DNA of 64,000 nt, taken from positions 138,562-202,561 of the forward strand of contig NMRA01000516.1 in assembly GCA_002633005.1 (NCBI GenBank), written 5' to 3'. Both the position numbers and the translations under genes were made by a program. The notes beneath the pieces are model-generated. The model saw only the letters and a program-made list of their open reading frames with translations. It was not told the origin of the DNA and searched no databases. The stretch comes from Phoronis australis (Eukaryota; Animalia; Phoronida). Positions 39,767 to 54,907 of the stretch are shown one piece after another. Within the stretch, counting starts at the first letter, position 1. Every line of letters starts with the position of its first letter.

Positions 39767-41720
39767 GAAGGTTAAATAACCAATATCAAAAAGAACTGAT
39801 CAGACGATTTTCAATATTCAGGTTTTATAAAGGACATTAAAAAGATAAGCTATGATGGGAACTACGCAGGTGGGATGTGCCAAAATAAGTCACGTATACC
39901 TCTTACCACAGAAAACAATTCTCTAGGTTACATCACGCATTTCATCAACATACTATTAAAACATTGAAAGTGAGCAAGCATGAAACTTGTAAGCATCCCC
40001 TATGATAAATGTGTTCACATTTAGTCAAATAATGACACTGAAAGCATTTAAAACTACAACCAATCACTGCATTAATGTTAGTCCTGCTAGATGGCATGCG
40101 TGATGCCACAAAATTAAAATTAATTCTCGGAAGTCCTAATTATACTCTAATCACGTAAAAGTTTTATGGTACTGCCAAGAATGTACGCATTCAGTCACTT
40201 CACATATAACAACAGTGTCAAGGATTCTCTGTGTATGGTGTTATAATGAATTTTCACTACTGCCATGAATGTAGACAACGATCACCATCATGCAATGACA
40301 ACTTGTTAAAAGGTCATATTTGCTTCATTTTCATCATCAACCCAACAACATTTACAGGCAGGTTCTACTCTATCCCAGTGACTTCTTAGTAGTGAACAGG
40401 TACGTTTCTGAGATCCGACTAAACGAGTCCCACGCAAGCAGGTGTATGAAACCACCAAATCTCCATTCTTCAAATGATAAGTGCTCTGTTCACCATCAGT
40501 TATGGCTGGGGGAACAATACATCTGGGCTTCTTGAAATTTATTGAAGATAATGAAAGTAAACAAATTACATATTAAATACAATGAAATTGATCTTTTAAT
40601 TGTCTTCACAGCTTCTTTTAGTTTCTTGGTATGCAACGCTTTGCTGTACATCATATTGCACATATCTCCTAAATAAAGACACAGTTCATCGAGTTTCAGT
40701 TAGCTGATCAATCAAGCTAGGTTTTTCAAACATTATCAGAAGTGATTCTTAATATTCGTAACCTGTGTCATTGTTCTCAATGTAGGGGTGGTGGTGTCAA
40801 CAATGTCCTGACGAGTTATCTTACGACCCTAAACGTTTTGAAATGGTCTGTTAAAGAGACATTTTACAACTTGAAAGTCGTCGCAACAAGGAGCAGACTG
40901 TGTGCCCAATGTAACTTTGTTTCTCATGAGGACGGAAACATTTGACCGCAGGGCAAGTGAACTCATAAACAACATTACATCTAGCAACAGTGCAACCTCC
41001 TCACAACTAATATTACTTTTTATCACAAAATTAGAAATCTTCATATTCTTATAATAAATAATTACATCTAGCTTGTCTTTAGGATTAACAAATGAAAATG
41101 ATACATTTTTGCGTAAATTAATGTATCATTTTCATTACACCATATCTTATATGTCAATTGTCATTTTGTGTTTGATTTTACTTTATTTCTGTTTTTGTTG
41201 ATAAAGGAAGTTATTACATCCAAAAATTTCAAATTTCCGTTGATCCATTCTTGTTGTTTTATTTACCGATTTATGAAAATCAGTTGTAATGTGCATCAGA
41301 ATGTGGGGTAATTTATTATCAACAAGGTCAACATTTCAATGTTACTAGCCACCTTTGGAACATGGCCACCAGTCTGGTATGACATCATGCAGGCCAATTA
41401 TCCACCAGGCTTATTACCGACCACCTGTGAACCCTGTGAACACAGTCAAACACAGCTGTGTTGGTATGTTCGGATAGAATAGATTGTAGTAACTTCAGTT
41501 GTAGCTGGGCGATTTTGGTGATTCAAAAACTGAGCATGATCAGTGTTTGATGAGGAATTCAGAAATGTTATTGGTTTTTGTTCAAACAATTGTTATGACT
41601 TAATTTTAATTCTAACAGCACAGCCCAGCCCAGTCAGGCTAGATAGGATCCTATCAGAGATTAGAATAATTATCGAACAAAGGAGAGCTGACCCTCCAAG
41701 CTTAAATGCCAAAATGGACT

Positions 41721-41848
41721 TAATCAGTCGTGTAAGATATTTGCTACAGGGGTCATCTGCTCAATGTGATAGACTAAATGGGAGTAATCAGTCGTGTAAG
41801 ATATTTGCTACAGGGGTCACCTGCTCAATGTGATAGACTAAATGGGAG
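41721..41848. repeat. 64-bp tandem duplication
   Basis: TAATCAGTCGTGTAAGATATTTGCTACAGGGG...AAATGGGAG twice, one mismatch. Confidence 0.9.
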
Positions 41849-42812
41849 AATGCCATAATATGTCAAATTAAAACACTAACAAAAACTTTCTAATGACACT
41901 TTAATTAGCTGATCCCGAGCATAATTGGTGGAAACATCCACATGAAATCAGGACAACCAATAACATCACTAAGTCATCCTCCAATGTGTTTGTTGTGATA
42001 AGTCGTTGGATATCACTGCTCATTTTCCAATCGTTTATGACATAATAAGGAATGACGAGGCATTGCATTTGTTCTGGTTGTTACAATTTAGTATTTAACA
42101 ATGCTGTGACTCTTTTCACTTTCACACGGGACATCAGTGAAGCAGCGTCATACCACACAAGTTTGTATAAGAAATTCATTGGCATGATACATTGGCCCTC
42201 AGGGTAGCTTAAACATGTCACTCTTGTCCATGGAGCTCAGAAACTTTTAATTGAAGTCGCTTTTCTTTTATTTTCTAATTTTTGAGATGGTGTGCAATAA
42301 AGCAGTCACCTGTGTACCACCAAAACTGCATTTCAGTATTTTGGACAATAGTAGATTTTTCAGCAAATTTGGAAATTGTTGCATAGAGACCTGGAAAATA
42401 TCAAAAATCTGAACCTTTCAGCATATTAGGTATTGATAATTTGTTGGTAATTTTCCCATTTTCATAAATTTGAAACAATGTAAAAACTGTAGTGGTTAGA
42501 CCACCAATTTTCAGAATTCTATAACTTAAGTTGGTGGACTGAGCTTGCAGCCCAGAATGAAAAGATTGGATTAATCAATGGAACCATTCCTGATTGAACT
42601 TGCATGTATCTAAAACAAGCTGCAATTGTACTGTGATAAGATACACAACTGAGAAGAGTTCCTTACTTCAAGAGTTATACAGCTCATTTATTAAACCAAA
42701 AACATGTCAGCAAAGAAGTGCTCATGAATCTGCACTGGACAATGTTTTACATCACAACTACATGTGGTTTACTTGACAAGTTACCTTGTCTCAATGTTTA
42801 ACATCACAACTA

Positions 42813-44171
42813 CCACATTCGCCGTAATAACCGCCTAGAGTGCTTAGAAAAGTTCGGTTCAGGGGGGCGCTTATTCTAACCCAAGGTGGTTGAAACCCGG
42901 TCTCCGAAACGCGTGATATCTATGAAAGACTTTCAACAAAACTGTGGTGCATTGCTATCAAACTTTGCTGCTAAATTACAATCATTTTACAGAAAATTGT
43001 GCTGAAATCCCAGGGTAAAAACTCGGCGACTGACTGCCTCGAAATCGCCGTCTTCGATATGGCGACTTCTATGCTTGAATAACAATAGTTTTGACTCAAG
43101 CAAATTACCTGAAATCTTCATAAAGTTTTCTAAGTAGCGTCCCTAACTTCCCAAGGAGTCTGGATTAACGGCAGGTTTAAGTACAAATCTGTGCAACATC
43201 GTGCCATCTACATGAATGATCAGCAACACGGCGAGAAAAATGTCTAGACGAACACACATGTTGTTGTCACGTGACATTTGTTTTGAAGTTCGTCTGCATT
43301 TGTGAGTAAGCGAGCGCGTGCGTGTCACCAGAGTTCATTTGCCAGAGCAGAGACCATCTATTGGCCAGAGCCACGCAATCTTAAACGAGCTAGATGTGCA
43401 CTGATTGTGTCTAAAGAAATTTGCACAAGCAGAAGCCCTAAACCAGAGCGTGTTTCATTCAGCACTTGCCAGTCTAATGTGCTAAAAACGTTCGACATTT
43501 GTCTCGGTAAGGCCCATATTAGTCGCCGTGTAGCTGGATGCGTTTCTTAACTGACAGTTATTTTTCGGTGTAAGGGTGTGTAAGCATTCACTGTCAGTTG
43601 TCATGATATTGGATATTAGGTTTAAAAACACCAATTATGGTTAATCAACTAAACCATCTCAAAAATAACGCAAACATGTTTTATAGTATTAGAAATTGTC
43701 GGAAATTAGTGCCAATACTCATTGCTTACCGATTCATGAATGGATAGTTCCCGACTAATGTCTCTGATGACAGGTTCATATATGTAGCGCGCGCTTCCTG
43801 GACACATGCGTTTAACACGGAGTTATTTTTACACGAGACAGTCGATGTGGCTGTACTGAAAGGTCAGACCATAGTGGGACACGGTCGTCGTGAAAGTAGC
43901 AACGCTGTTGCTTTCTTTTTGAAGCGCTGCGTTACTTTGAAGTGTATAGTCACGCTTAAATACAAACGTAGCAGAGCTGCTGGTGGTCTAGAAGACCCAT
44001 GTAAAATTTTTTTGATAAATTGAAGACGTCACCATAGCCGAGTTTTAGGACTGTAGGTATGTCATTGTTCGCATGTACACGTTCATGGACTGGGTGCTTA
44101 TTTCAGCAAAGTCTGAAAACGCGTTGGAGGGGCGCTTATAGGGGCATGGGCGGTTATTACGGCGAATACGG
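42813..44171. mobile_element. Non-autonomous Tc1/mariner (Tc2-like CCGTA ends), ~1.36 kb
   Basis: TIR CCRYATTCGCCGTAATAACCGCC. The TA duplication splits a local CACAACTACATGTG repeat. An inverted copy lies at 58741-60132. Confidence 0.85.
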
Positions 44172-44958
44172 TACATGTGCTTTACTTGGCGCATGTTTCC
44201 TTGCCTCAATGTTTACATCACAGCTACATGTGCTTTACTTGACACGTTTCCTTGCATCAATGTTCCCTGAAGTCCAATATTCCATGCCTGTAGCCAGGAA
44301 TTGCAAGGGGTAGGCACAAAATTGTGCACAGCGAAATTTTATTTGTACACGGTGCCAATTGTTACTTCCCAGTTACTTAGTCGACCATGTTGTAGACTTT
44401 TCAGACTCAAAATATTGTTCCCGCTGACTTTCGCAAATCTGACGAAAACAGGATTTGCACACAAGATGACCCGAAATCGTGCACTGTTCCACCCAGAGTA
44501 TCCAGCAAATTCCTTGGCACATCAAAAGCATGATGGCACCGTCAAAGGTAGAAGAGAGCCAAGTCCCTATTCATGGGCTTTGCCTAAGTGAGTACTGATG
44601 GAGATAATTGTGGTTGCAAACCTGAATGTTAAGCATACTATTTTCACAGTCAAAAAACAAACTATATGTATGGCAAACGACCAACATGACTGATTTTTAA
44701 ATCGAAAAGTAAATATTAGCCAACTTCGAATTCTTAAAATTTCTTCAACAGCTCGGTAAGCCATGTGCACTTAATTTGTGAATTGATTCAGACAGTTAGC
44801 CACAATTTGGCAGATGGGTTAAAACGTAATTATTCCTGGTGGCTAAAAAGGGTAGGATGTTACCACATCCGGCCACAGAGTCATGCCTAAAGCGGTGTTT
44901 GCTGCATAAAATTGTATTTGTAACATTTATTACTAGTGAAGTATTCAATTTCTTATTA

Positions 44959-47302
44959 CCGTAATCGTTCGGGTTAACGCCCTGGGCGGTTAAATTGGCG
45001 AATCCAAAAAATCGGGGGAGGGCGGTTAACCGAGCAGTGGGCGGTTAAATCGAAAATCTACCTAAAGTAGGGGATGGGCGGTTAACCGAACATGGGCGCT
45101 TATTACGAGAGACAACCGCCCTGGGCGGTTAATCTTACCTGGCGATCTAAACCCCGACACGACAATCATACTCGGAACGCGTAGCCCTTTTCAAAGAGCT
45201 TTATCGTCACGTCGCCAAATGACTGTGAAAACGTCATAACAGCGGATGATCCCAACAAAGGTTCTCTTGCCCTCAGATTAGTCATTCACTATTAAATTTA
45301 CAAAATTGCTGAGTAATAGCCCCGTGCCGTCCTGCGGTGCGCAGACGACCAGTCACCACGCAGCCTCCAATAGAATAAAACTGTTGAAGATGTGACCCTG
45401 CTTAAGTGCGCGCATGCAAGCTTCGCGTGTTGCAGAGGTCAGACATCAAATTTACAGTCTCGTACTGTCAAGTTCTGAGTCAGAGAGCAGTTTTAAAATT
45501 GGTTGTAATAAAAGTTTGAAAAACTTAACTCTGCTGTTTTTTGTGTTTGGGATGTTATAGTCGACACTCCGTGACTCAATGACATTTTCAGCGTATGGTT
45601 CTGCGGCTAGCTGTCTTATCTCGACAGCCCGGCATTGCTCTCTTGCCGTTGTGCCAAACATGCTATGCAAAGAAGTAAGACAGGGATCGGGGGTGGTCAA
45701 ACCAGTCGTCGATCAAGAATAAAATTTCAAGCAACTGCATAAATATGTTACAAAATGTCAGAAAACAGTGGTGGAAAAAATTTATTTTTCATGCAAGATG
45801 TCCAGATTATCCTATTTATACCACTTGTAATATCGCACTGCGGCACTGTTCGGTACCGCTGTTATCGCGCAATGTCTCAGTCGGCTGACAATCGTGACTT
45901 GGAAATGCCGTCAAGTAATATAACGGCCTCTTTCAATATGCATCTAGTTTTTTATGGCCAAAGATAGTGGCGGTATTCAGCACACACGTAGGGCTTACGT
46001 GTGAGTCACCTGTCAATCACATGTTGGTGTCAAGGCAACATGCACTCCAAAGTGTGGGAACTTGCGCACGTGCACCACTACAAATCAGTCACACATAGCG
46101 ACAGTCCAACGAAGTAACAAAAACGGGCGTGACTATGTACTTTTAAGCTGTTGTTACGAAAGACCCAGTTCTTTACGATATTCCTCCGTTGCCAATGTTC
46201 CCCAAAACTGCGGTGTCAAGTCTATTCCCATATTTCCCGGCTAGATGGTCCCTAAGCCCATCCCTGTAACTAGCTGCGTGAATCTCCTTCCCACTATCGT
46301 CAAGCAGTCTACGTCGTAGATATTTCAGACTCGAATGGTAAGAATTTTTGTTCAGGCTGAAAATGGCCAATGTATAAACAAAATTATTCTGGATGGCTAA
46401 AAAGGGGATGTGGAAACGATAATTCACACAGTCACGCTTACGTGGGGGCTGACGCAAGAAATAGTAAAGAACAGCCAGCGACATTAGTTAAATCTGCTAA
46501 CCAGTTTGACTGAGATGCAATAAGCGAAAAACAAAATTTGACTAGCCGTTTTTTATTACTTCAAGATCATACACAAACATACATTATTGCCAACGTTTGA
46601 ATTCAGAAATCGACAGGCAGCAACGAAATCGGTAACCCAGTAAGGCACTTGTACTGTCCCTTCGGTCGCCCCACATCCTCTATAACCCGGCAGTTATATT
46701 CATCAAAATATTGAGAATTTGACATCTTTCCGTGAGTTGTGAGATTTGTTCAAAATACGAGAGCTTCCCACCTTAATAGAATTTGGAGGGTTGGCAAAAC
46801 CATTGTCACATTTCTCTGGCCTGATTTTTTCGAATATATGTTTTATCTAGTGCACTGCAGACGGAAACTCAGCGCGGCAGACAAAGTCGCTGAAAGCGGA
46901 GGTTTTGACGCCGGCGGCGTTCTTAAACTTTGCAAACAAGGGAAGAAAATAAAGTGACAAAAAGGTTCAAGTATTATATTTTGAAGTGAGTTCATGACCC
47001 AAGACAATAACTCGTTACCTGTATTGTAATTCAGATTGCTAAACCACCGTCTCGGAGTCCCGGCGTCGTTGCACTCATTGTGATCATCGATCTTTTTCTA
47101 AAAGTCGGGGAATCGCGCGTTTCCTTAGCACTAGGCGCTAAATCTTCATTCTTTAAAAGTCAGGGATGGGCGCTTAACCGAGAGGTGGGCGTTTAACTGG
47201 AACTCTTAAAAAATCGGGGAAGGGCGGTTAACCGAGCAGTGGGCGGTTAAATCGGAAATCCACTTAAAGTCGGGGATGGGCGGTTAACCCGAACGATTAC
47301 GG
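44959..47302. mobile_element. Non-autonomous Tc1/mariner-like element, ~2.3 kb
   Basis: TA-CCGTAATCGTTCGGGTTAAC ... GTTAACCCGAACGATTACGG-TA, with subterminal GGGCGGTTAA repeats at both ends. Confidence 0.85.
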
Positions 47303-48645
47303 TACCACTAACATTCTGGTTAATGAGCATGCTCAAGTAATGGATTACACCATAACCTGAAATTCTTCAGAATAAGTCCCTACTGCTCTGAGTAAACGCC
47401 CTCTTAACTTTTAAGAATTTTCCATGAAGCGCCAGGGCACACAACCTTCATTTTCAGTTAGTACTGATTTACCCCAAGTAGATTCATGCTTGTGCATAGT
47501 TATCGAAAAATATGTTTATTCCGAACAACCAGCTGCATTGGTGAAACCTGCTAAAGCCAATTTGATGGGGATGCAGTAAGCAAAAATAATCCTTGGCTGG
47601 CACTTTTTATTACTTTAAGATAATCTACAGACATCCAGTAATGTATCTGAACAAGTTATTCTGAAATTGAGAGATGACAGAAACCCTGAACAGTGAGACA
47701 CACAGTGTCCCCTTGGTCGCCGCAAATAACCCGGTCATTTCATTTCAAGAAAAAGGGGGGAGTTATTTCAAAGTTGGGGGAATTTCAGTGGCGAATTTAC
47801 GGGGGGAAGCCCCATGAAATTCCCCCAAATTCCATTTGGCAGTTTGAGGGTGCGAATGCCTTACAGGCAAAATCCTGGCTTAATACTCTGCCCTGGCCCC
47901 CCTAATTCAAAATCCAAGATCCGCCCCTGAATTCATCAAAATTGGGAAATCGGAACCTATTCACGAGATGTGAGAATGCTTCGAAGTATGTGAGCTTACC
48001 ACCTAAACCAAATTGGAAGGGTTGGCAAAACCCATGTCACATATTCCGGCATGATTTTTTCAAATACATATTTTGTCTAGTGCATTGAAGTCCAAAACTC
48101 AGAGCAGTAGATATGCGCCACCGAAACTGGAGGTCGTGGAGCCGTGTTCTTGAAGTTTGCGAACATAGGAAAAAAATACAGTGGCAAAGCGTTAAAGTAT
48201 TAAATTTTGAAATAATCCATCATCCTGGACAATGATTTATTAATTGTCGCAATATAATTTACATTACCAGTGACCATCTCACACCATCTCGGAGGCCAAT
48301 GTTGCCCTCAGTAATTCATTGTTAATATGGATATTTTATAATTTGAGCACTCGACTTTCATCCTAATAGTTGGTATGGTCACTTTTTGGAACACAAAGCT
48401 GTCAAGGGAAAATAAGTCATACAGAAGTGAAGCTTAACAAATGCTCAAAGCCTGTGCGGTGACCACTACACTGTACAGGCACAAAAGTAAATTTTCCTGA
48501 TGATTGTTTGCTGAGAAATTTTTGGCAAAACAAAAATTTACTCATTCCGTTCACCATATTGCATCCCAGATTGCACCATCCTGATCATATATAACTGAAT
48601 ATAAGGCTTAACAATTTAATCAAACATTTCCTGAGTTCAAGAGAT

Positions 48646-51241
48646 TTAAGTACTACATAGTTCATAAGGTGTGCAAAACTGACAGGTTACAGCACAGTCT
48701 CTTTGCATAACTTCCCTTAAATTGGGATCTGAACACTTGGAAATAACAAGACTACAATACAAACTAGTCAATTTGTCTTCACAATCAGGCTCACATAAAG
48801 GTAGAACAGTTCTCTTCATAAGTGGAGATGAAATCAATGTATGGCCATGGACTGCAGAAGTTAATTCAAGACTGCTACCAAAGGAACTGCTGAAAATCAT
48901 AGTGGGAACAGTTGACGTCCTTATTTTACCAGATGTGCCTACTGACTTGGACTGAAAATGAGTGGTAAAAAGTGTCACCACTTTTGGATCGATACTTGAT
49001 GTGTGAGTGATGCGACAAAAGCCACAAGTTCTTGGGCAGTCTCTTTTCATGGTCAGCTCAAAAGACCTATGTTGGCAGAAACCATTCTGAGAATACCTTT
49101 GGCATGTTACTCGAGACTTGTCCACACACAATAAACCAGGCACAGTCTGTGTTTCAGTCGCAAAAGTTTTCATTGTGCTAGCTTTGGTCAAATGTTCTCT
49201 TCTCGAAGTAAATGACATTGTTGTTAGTGAATGACTTGCTGACAAGGATGATGGCGACATTGTTGACTGGGAAGCAGTACAAAAATTACACGAAAGAGGA
49301 CAATTTTTTCGCATATATACATGAAACCGCTCATTTAAACAATATGCTAACAAATTCTTACATGTGGCTTTGTTGACGAATCTATCTTCACAAACAGTTA
49401 TTGGTTCGCAAAAATGACATGTAGTAGGACAATATTTAACCATAAAATCAACAGCATTGTAACAAAACCCATATGTGTTTGCAAGTTTGCTGCACTCAAT
49501 TGTACTCGAATCTGTACAGTTTTTTATTACATGCACTTTCTTTATAGTTGGAAGTTTATTACAAATGCCACACAAAACTGGACAGTTTATAGCCATCCAA
49601 TTCAAGTACTTGTGATTTTCACAATAACCATGCATTTTGTAAAAAGGACAGTTGAAACCTGGTCCATAATCTGTACAGTTGTTTAAAAAAGAAACAGTTG
49701 AGGACACTTTTGCAAATTTTCTTGTTGTAGGCGTCTGTGTTGCAGATGAACACAAGTTGCAGGTCATTCGACAATTAGCAGCCATAAAAGCCTTGTATGA
49801 CTGTGCTCTGCAATAGAATTTCCACCTGGAACACTTGGAACTTTTGTCCACACAGTTTTGCTTTTGCACAACAAAAGGATTGAATGGTGTTCTTGTAGTC
49901 TTCAGTTCGACAATAGGAGTAGGCAGTTTGGAGGTGACGGATTGTTGACAAAATTTGCATGTGGCTGGACAGTGTGCTTTCATCACAGCATGTTGCCGCC
50001 AGTCTGCACAATAACCACTAGCACTCAATAAAGAACAATCTTGTCTTGTATCTCGGCATAATATTACCGTAGTTATTGGACTCCTTGATGCCAGTGTGGG
50101 TGGAGAATGATGACAAAATCCACAGAATCTAGCGCAGTATACCCTAGCGTAGTTAGTAGTTGTGAAATATGTACACAAATTAATCAATGAGTTCTGCTGT
50201 TGACGAAGAAGACAGTTGGGATCTTTGTCAACACAAATGGAAGTGCCATGAACTGAAACAATGATAACACTATTGTAATTGAAACAAATCAGTTTCAGAG
50301 AACATCTAAAGTAAAACTGTACAGTTTGAGATGGCTTTTAAAATTGGGAACAACACAATTCAAGCTGAAACGGACTTTTCTTGATTCTGAAGAACGGGAC
50401 AAGAGTAATTTCTCTAATATAAGACTAAGTATTTTGCATCAACTGAGTCTCAAAATAAACTAGACATTTCAGAAATTAGTATGATGGAGTTGAATGATGG
50501 TTAAACATTGACAGGTCTTGACCATTGGACAGCAAGTAGTGCTTGTCTCTATGACTTATTAGAAGCTCTAAATCAAGTACTGTTTACATTGTGAACTTTT
50601 CTACCAGTGTTGAAGTTTTTCATCAAGTTCCCATTTTTCTACTTCACGCAGGCTAGTCAAGCAATGGTGAATATCAGAAAATTAACCAAATGGTTTTAAG
50701 TCTACACACTCATAAAGTGCTGTGGGGACTAGGAGTTACCCTAGATCAAACCACTCCTGGAGTAATGTGAAAACTACTTGCTCTGGACAACTTGCTCTAG
50801 GCTAAGCCCTAGTACGGATATGCCAACAGACCAAAACTACCTCAATATTTATTGGTGTCTAATTCAACAAACTAAAAATTTTCATGTTAGCATCATTGTG
50901 CACTAAATTAGTGAAGAATTACTGACATGGCAAGAGAAACAATTACAAAAATACTGAGATTAATGCAACAATTGGCTTGGCATTACGACGCAATGTTTTG
51001 TGGAAACTTTTTATCTCTTTAAACACACGATCAGGAATAATCTCTTTCTCAGAACAGAAAAAAATATCCATTTTTCCAAATACTGAACAGTGAAACAAAA
51101 ACAACAAAATATTCACCAGTTTTAGGACAAGCTCTGCAACATCAATGATGTCATCATCTAACAATGTTGCTTACCATGACGAGATGACAAGTAATAAAAA
51201 CAAGTCCAAAACAATAGCAACAAGACCAAAGCATGAGCCAT
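48646..51241 (-). CDS. Secreted 8xShK protein (gene A, ~557 aa)
   Basis: Signal exon 51241-51175 (MAHALVLLLLFWTCFYYLSS) plus exon 50252-48646 with eight six-Cys ShK domains and S/T-rich linkers. Confidence 0.88.
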
Positions 51242-51336
51242 TCTGAACAAGTCACACGACTGGTGTGGATCACTAGCTACTTAATCTTCTTTACAAAGTT
51301 TAGTTGACATAATCAGTTCATGACTAGCAACACAAA

Positions 51337-51598
51337 ACTTTGCATCTAACAAGGCACTACATGGGACACGTACACTTTGCATCTAACAAGGCACACCATG
51401 GGACACGTACACTTTGCATCTAACAAGGCACCACATGGGACACGTACACTTTGCATCTAACAAGGCACCACATGGGACACGTACACTTTGCATCTAACAA
51501 GGCACCACATGGGACACATACACTTTGCATCTAACAAGGCACTACATGGGACACGTACACTTTGCATCTAACAAGGCACCACATAGGACACGTACACT
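51337..51598. repeat. 37-bp minisatellite x7
   Basis: ACTTTGCATCTAACAAGGCACCACATGGGACACGTAC units. Confidence 0.95.
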
Positions 51599-54500
51599 GT
51601 TTCTCACTCACATTAGCTAGATTCCTCAACTCTTTTTCACCAGAGTGTGTATCAAAGGAGCATGTTAGTCAATGAAGATTTTTTTCACTTTACACTAGGT
51701 AGTAATAAATACTTGGCATCAATTCAGTTCAACCAGTTTTACTTGATAACGACATGTGCAGTTAATTTACCTTAACATTAAACTCCATGCAAAACCCTCA
51801 GATAAATTGAATTTTCAAATAAATAAGCTGTTTCATTTCACCATTACTGATTTATAGAAATTTTGAATAGTGGGGCTCAATACCCAGCAAACTTCCCGAG
51901 TTTGACCATGCAGAGTTTGCACCTGTTCAGTGATAAATTTCATCATTCCATGAAATAAAGAAAGGAAGTCATCACCATGTACACTAGTTTTAAAAACTTG
52001 CCAAATCCATTCTAAACTAACAACACTCCATTGAGTCGAACATCGGTCAAGCCAGTGACTGAATGATCGTGGACACTGCGCACCAGGTCATTACCAGCTC
52101 ACTACTCCGAAGGTGCACTATTCCGAAGATGCACTAGTTCGAAGGCACACTGCTGTAAAGGTGAACTAGTTCAAAGTTGCACTAGTCACATGGTTCACTA
52201 GTTCTGTAGCCCGGCTGGTGTCCTAGTTTTATAATTAGCACCAATACGTTGTTATCTAAATTTTTACAAAACTACAGTGACATTTACAAGTGAAAAAAAT
52301 CAATGGCGCGATCTAGTATTTTCCTGGTAAACAGGTTTAGTATCTTTTTGAAAGATGTCATATCATGGGAATACTGAAACCAAGTATTACTTGGACAAAG
52401 TCGGCATTTTCTGTTTACATTCAACTATGTTCCCCCAATTTCAAAGTCAAATTTGGATACACACATCATGTTGAGGCAATTACCATATAATGCAACATTC
52501 CATGATCAGCCACAGCATTACTACAAATGCACAACCGTATCTAGGCAAATTAGGACACATCTGGGTCAATCTAAAACGTTGCAGCGAACTGTACAGAGAC
52601 TGAGAGTCGAAGTTGACTAATTGCTCAGTACATCGTGTGGCGACAAATACGCAAATATCCCGAGCATTACGAGGAAAACAAGCCTGCTCGACCATTTCAA
52701 AACTCTTGGAGAGTGAAAAAACCATTGGCTTACTGACTGGAAACATGGCATGAAATGCACCAAAAGGATTGATACTATGAAAACCCCCAGGTCGCATTTT
52801 GCAACCTAACCATAATCCCAGGTTGAATATTCAAAATCCAGCCCATCAGGTTGCAAAAATTTTCCGCCATTGCGCCAAAATTGATCTTTTTAGTTTGCAG
52901 TTTAAACTCAAAATTTCAGGTCGCAAACTTGAGTTCTTACATGCCGGTACGGCGTTACTGTTCTTCACGACTGGCCGACCGCCATTGAGTACAAGGCTAG
53001 TTGCCAGCATGAAAGTTGAATCAATGCTCTCAAAGCCACACATGCATTCGGGAAGCAAATTTTGAAATGAGAAAATGGAGAAAATACTCATTGAAAAAGT
53101 ATCCATGATTTTGCTAGGTCTGTCCTGCTATGTGACAGTCAAAGTCGTTACAGATCCAAACTAACTCCGAGTGCAAACTCCCTCCATTTTTTGTTTGCAG
53201 CCCAAAATTTGCAAATAAACAACATTTGAAAAACATCCCGTTTAAAAAAATATGGAAACGTTGCCCAAGGTGAATGATGTATTCGGATGCGCAGGAACAA
53301 TTCAGTGCAAATTTCACAAAACAAAAATGTGGGATTTATGCTGTTTACGTACTCAACAATTAGTTTTCCATGAATTCAACAGAAAGCCAGGAAATAATTC
53401 CTGACTCTGGGCAGGTTTCCATCGGGTAACTCCAGTTTGCTCCTCAATGCCTTCCATGTACGGAAAAAATAGGGTCGATCACAAAATGATATGCATGTAA
53501 TTTGTGTTAACTTTGTTACGGAGGTATAACAAAACAAAGCACCATGTCGATGGCATACTAATAAGGTGGAACTGAGCCATAAAGCATTAAAATGAAATTT
53601 TTGTAAGCATGCTCACTGATGCGCCCGGAAACAATCACAAGAATCAAGTCAATGGTTGCACTTGATTCACTACGCCAAATTAGGCAGTTGACCCGCAACG
53701 ACATTTGATAAGCTGGTTTACCGGAAGTCGTCACTGGCATCATACCAAGTGTCTACCTCTTTGCTAAGGGTTGGAAGTCACCGGCAAAGTATCAAATGTC
53801 TTACTTTTTGCTGGGGGCTGGAAGTCATAACCGGCAACATATCAAGTGTCTAACCCTTTGCTGGGGGAGTATATCAAGTGCAGCCAAGAAATTTATATGT
53901 TCAAAAAGATATAAAGGTACAGAATGTCTACAAACGGGAGACTCCTATCCATTGACCAAGGCAAGTTAATTTTTTAAATTGCTGTATACTCTTTTGTTTT
54001 ATATATATTAACTGTTTTTTCATGAGGAACTTTTCACAATTAACAAATTATTCGCAAAAAAAATCATCAACACTGTATGACGTACAACAAAATTCAGAGG
54101 AGAGACCCATTTTTCGGCATACTGAATAAACTGCAGGACAACTTGAAATTAGCCTAATTTTGACATACATGCAGTTGAATGAAATTGCTTTTTTGTGTAT
54201 TTCAGGACCAATTGATGACATCTCATTTTGTTCTATATTTACAGAACATGACTAAATTAGTGGAACCCTCTTCCCCAGATAGATTGCAAAATTGACACAT
54301 GCCAATACCTTTACTCAGTAAGAAGGAAAAAGTTCCTGGTACTCAATGTTGGCTTCGCTTGACCGATCTGTCAATCAAGTTTTCAAAGAAATTTGCACTT
54401 TTCTATTTTTCTACCTTCATAAGTGGGTGATAAAAGAAAAACTTGCAGTCAGAAATTAAAGAATCAACTGTTTAAAAATCCCAAACTATATTTTAAATGT

Positions 54501-54907
54501 CATTAGTCATACCCCCCACCCAACCCCACACTGTATGATGTCATTANATTCATTTGGTTTTTTGTTGAATTAATAAACATATCAAATTGTGGATAAACAT
54601 TAAAAAAGCACATAGCGAACTGATTTGTTTCAGGATAAAAACCACACCCACCATCTTCTGTGGCATTACACAGCACAACTACCAAAAGTAACATTCCATT
54701 CCACAACGTTTGTACCTGTAGCTTGTGCATGTAAACACTTATTTACAGAGAAGAAGAACACTCCCAACAGGCAAACAGTGACAAGATTATATGTGCTTGG
54801 TTTCAGGACCACATGCTAAGATAAGATAAATGAAATTGATCCCTTCTGTGACAACACCTCCAGACAGGGAGACTGTTATGCATGACTGAGACAGCCAGGC
54901 ATCAACA

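Noticed and set aside
52090-53880. Possible repeat element between genes A and E
   Set aside because: Short internal repeats are present, but no termini, TSD or coding motif could be defined.
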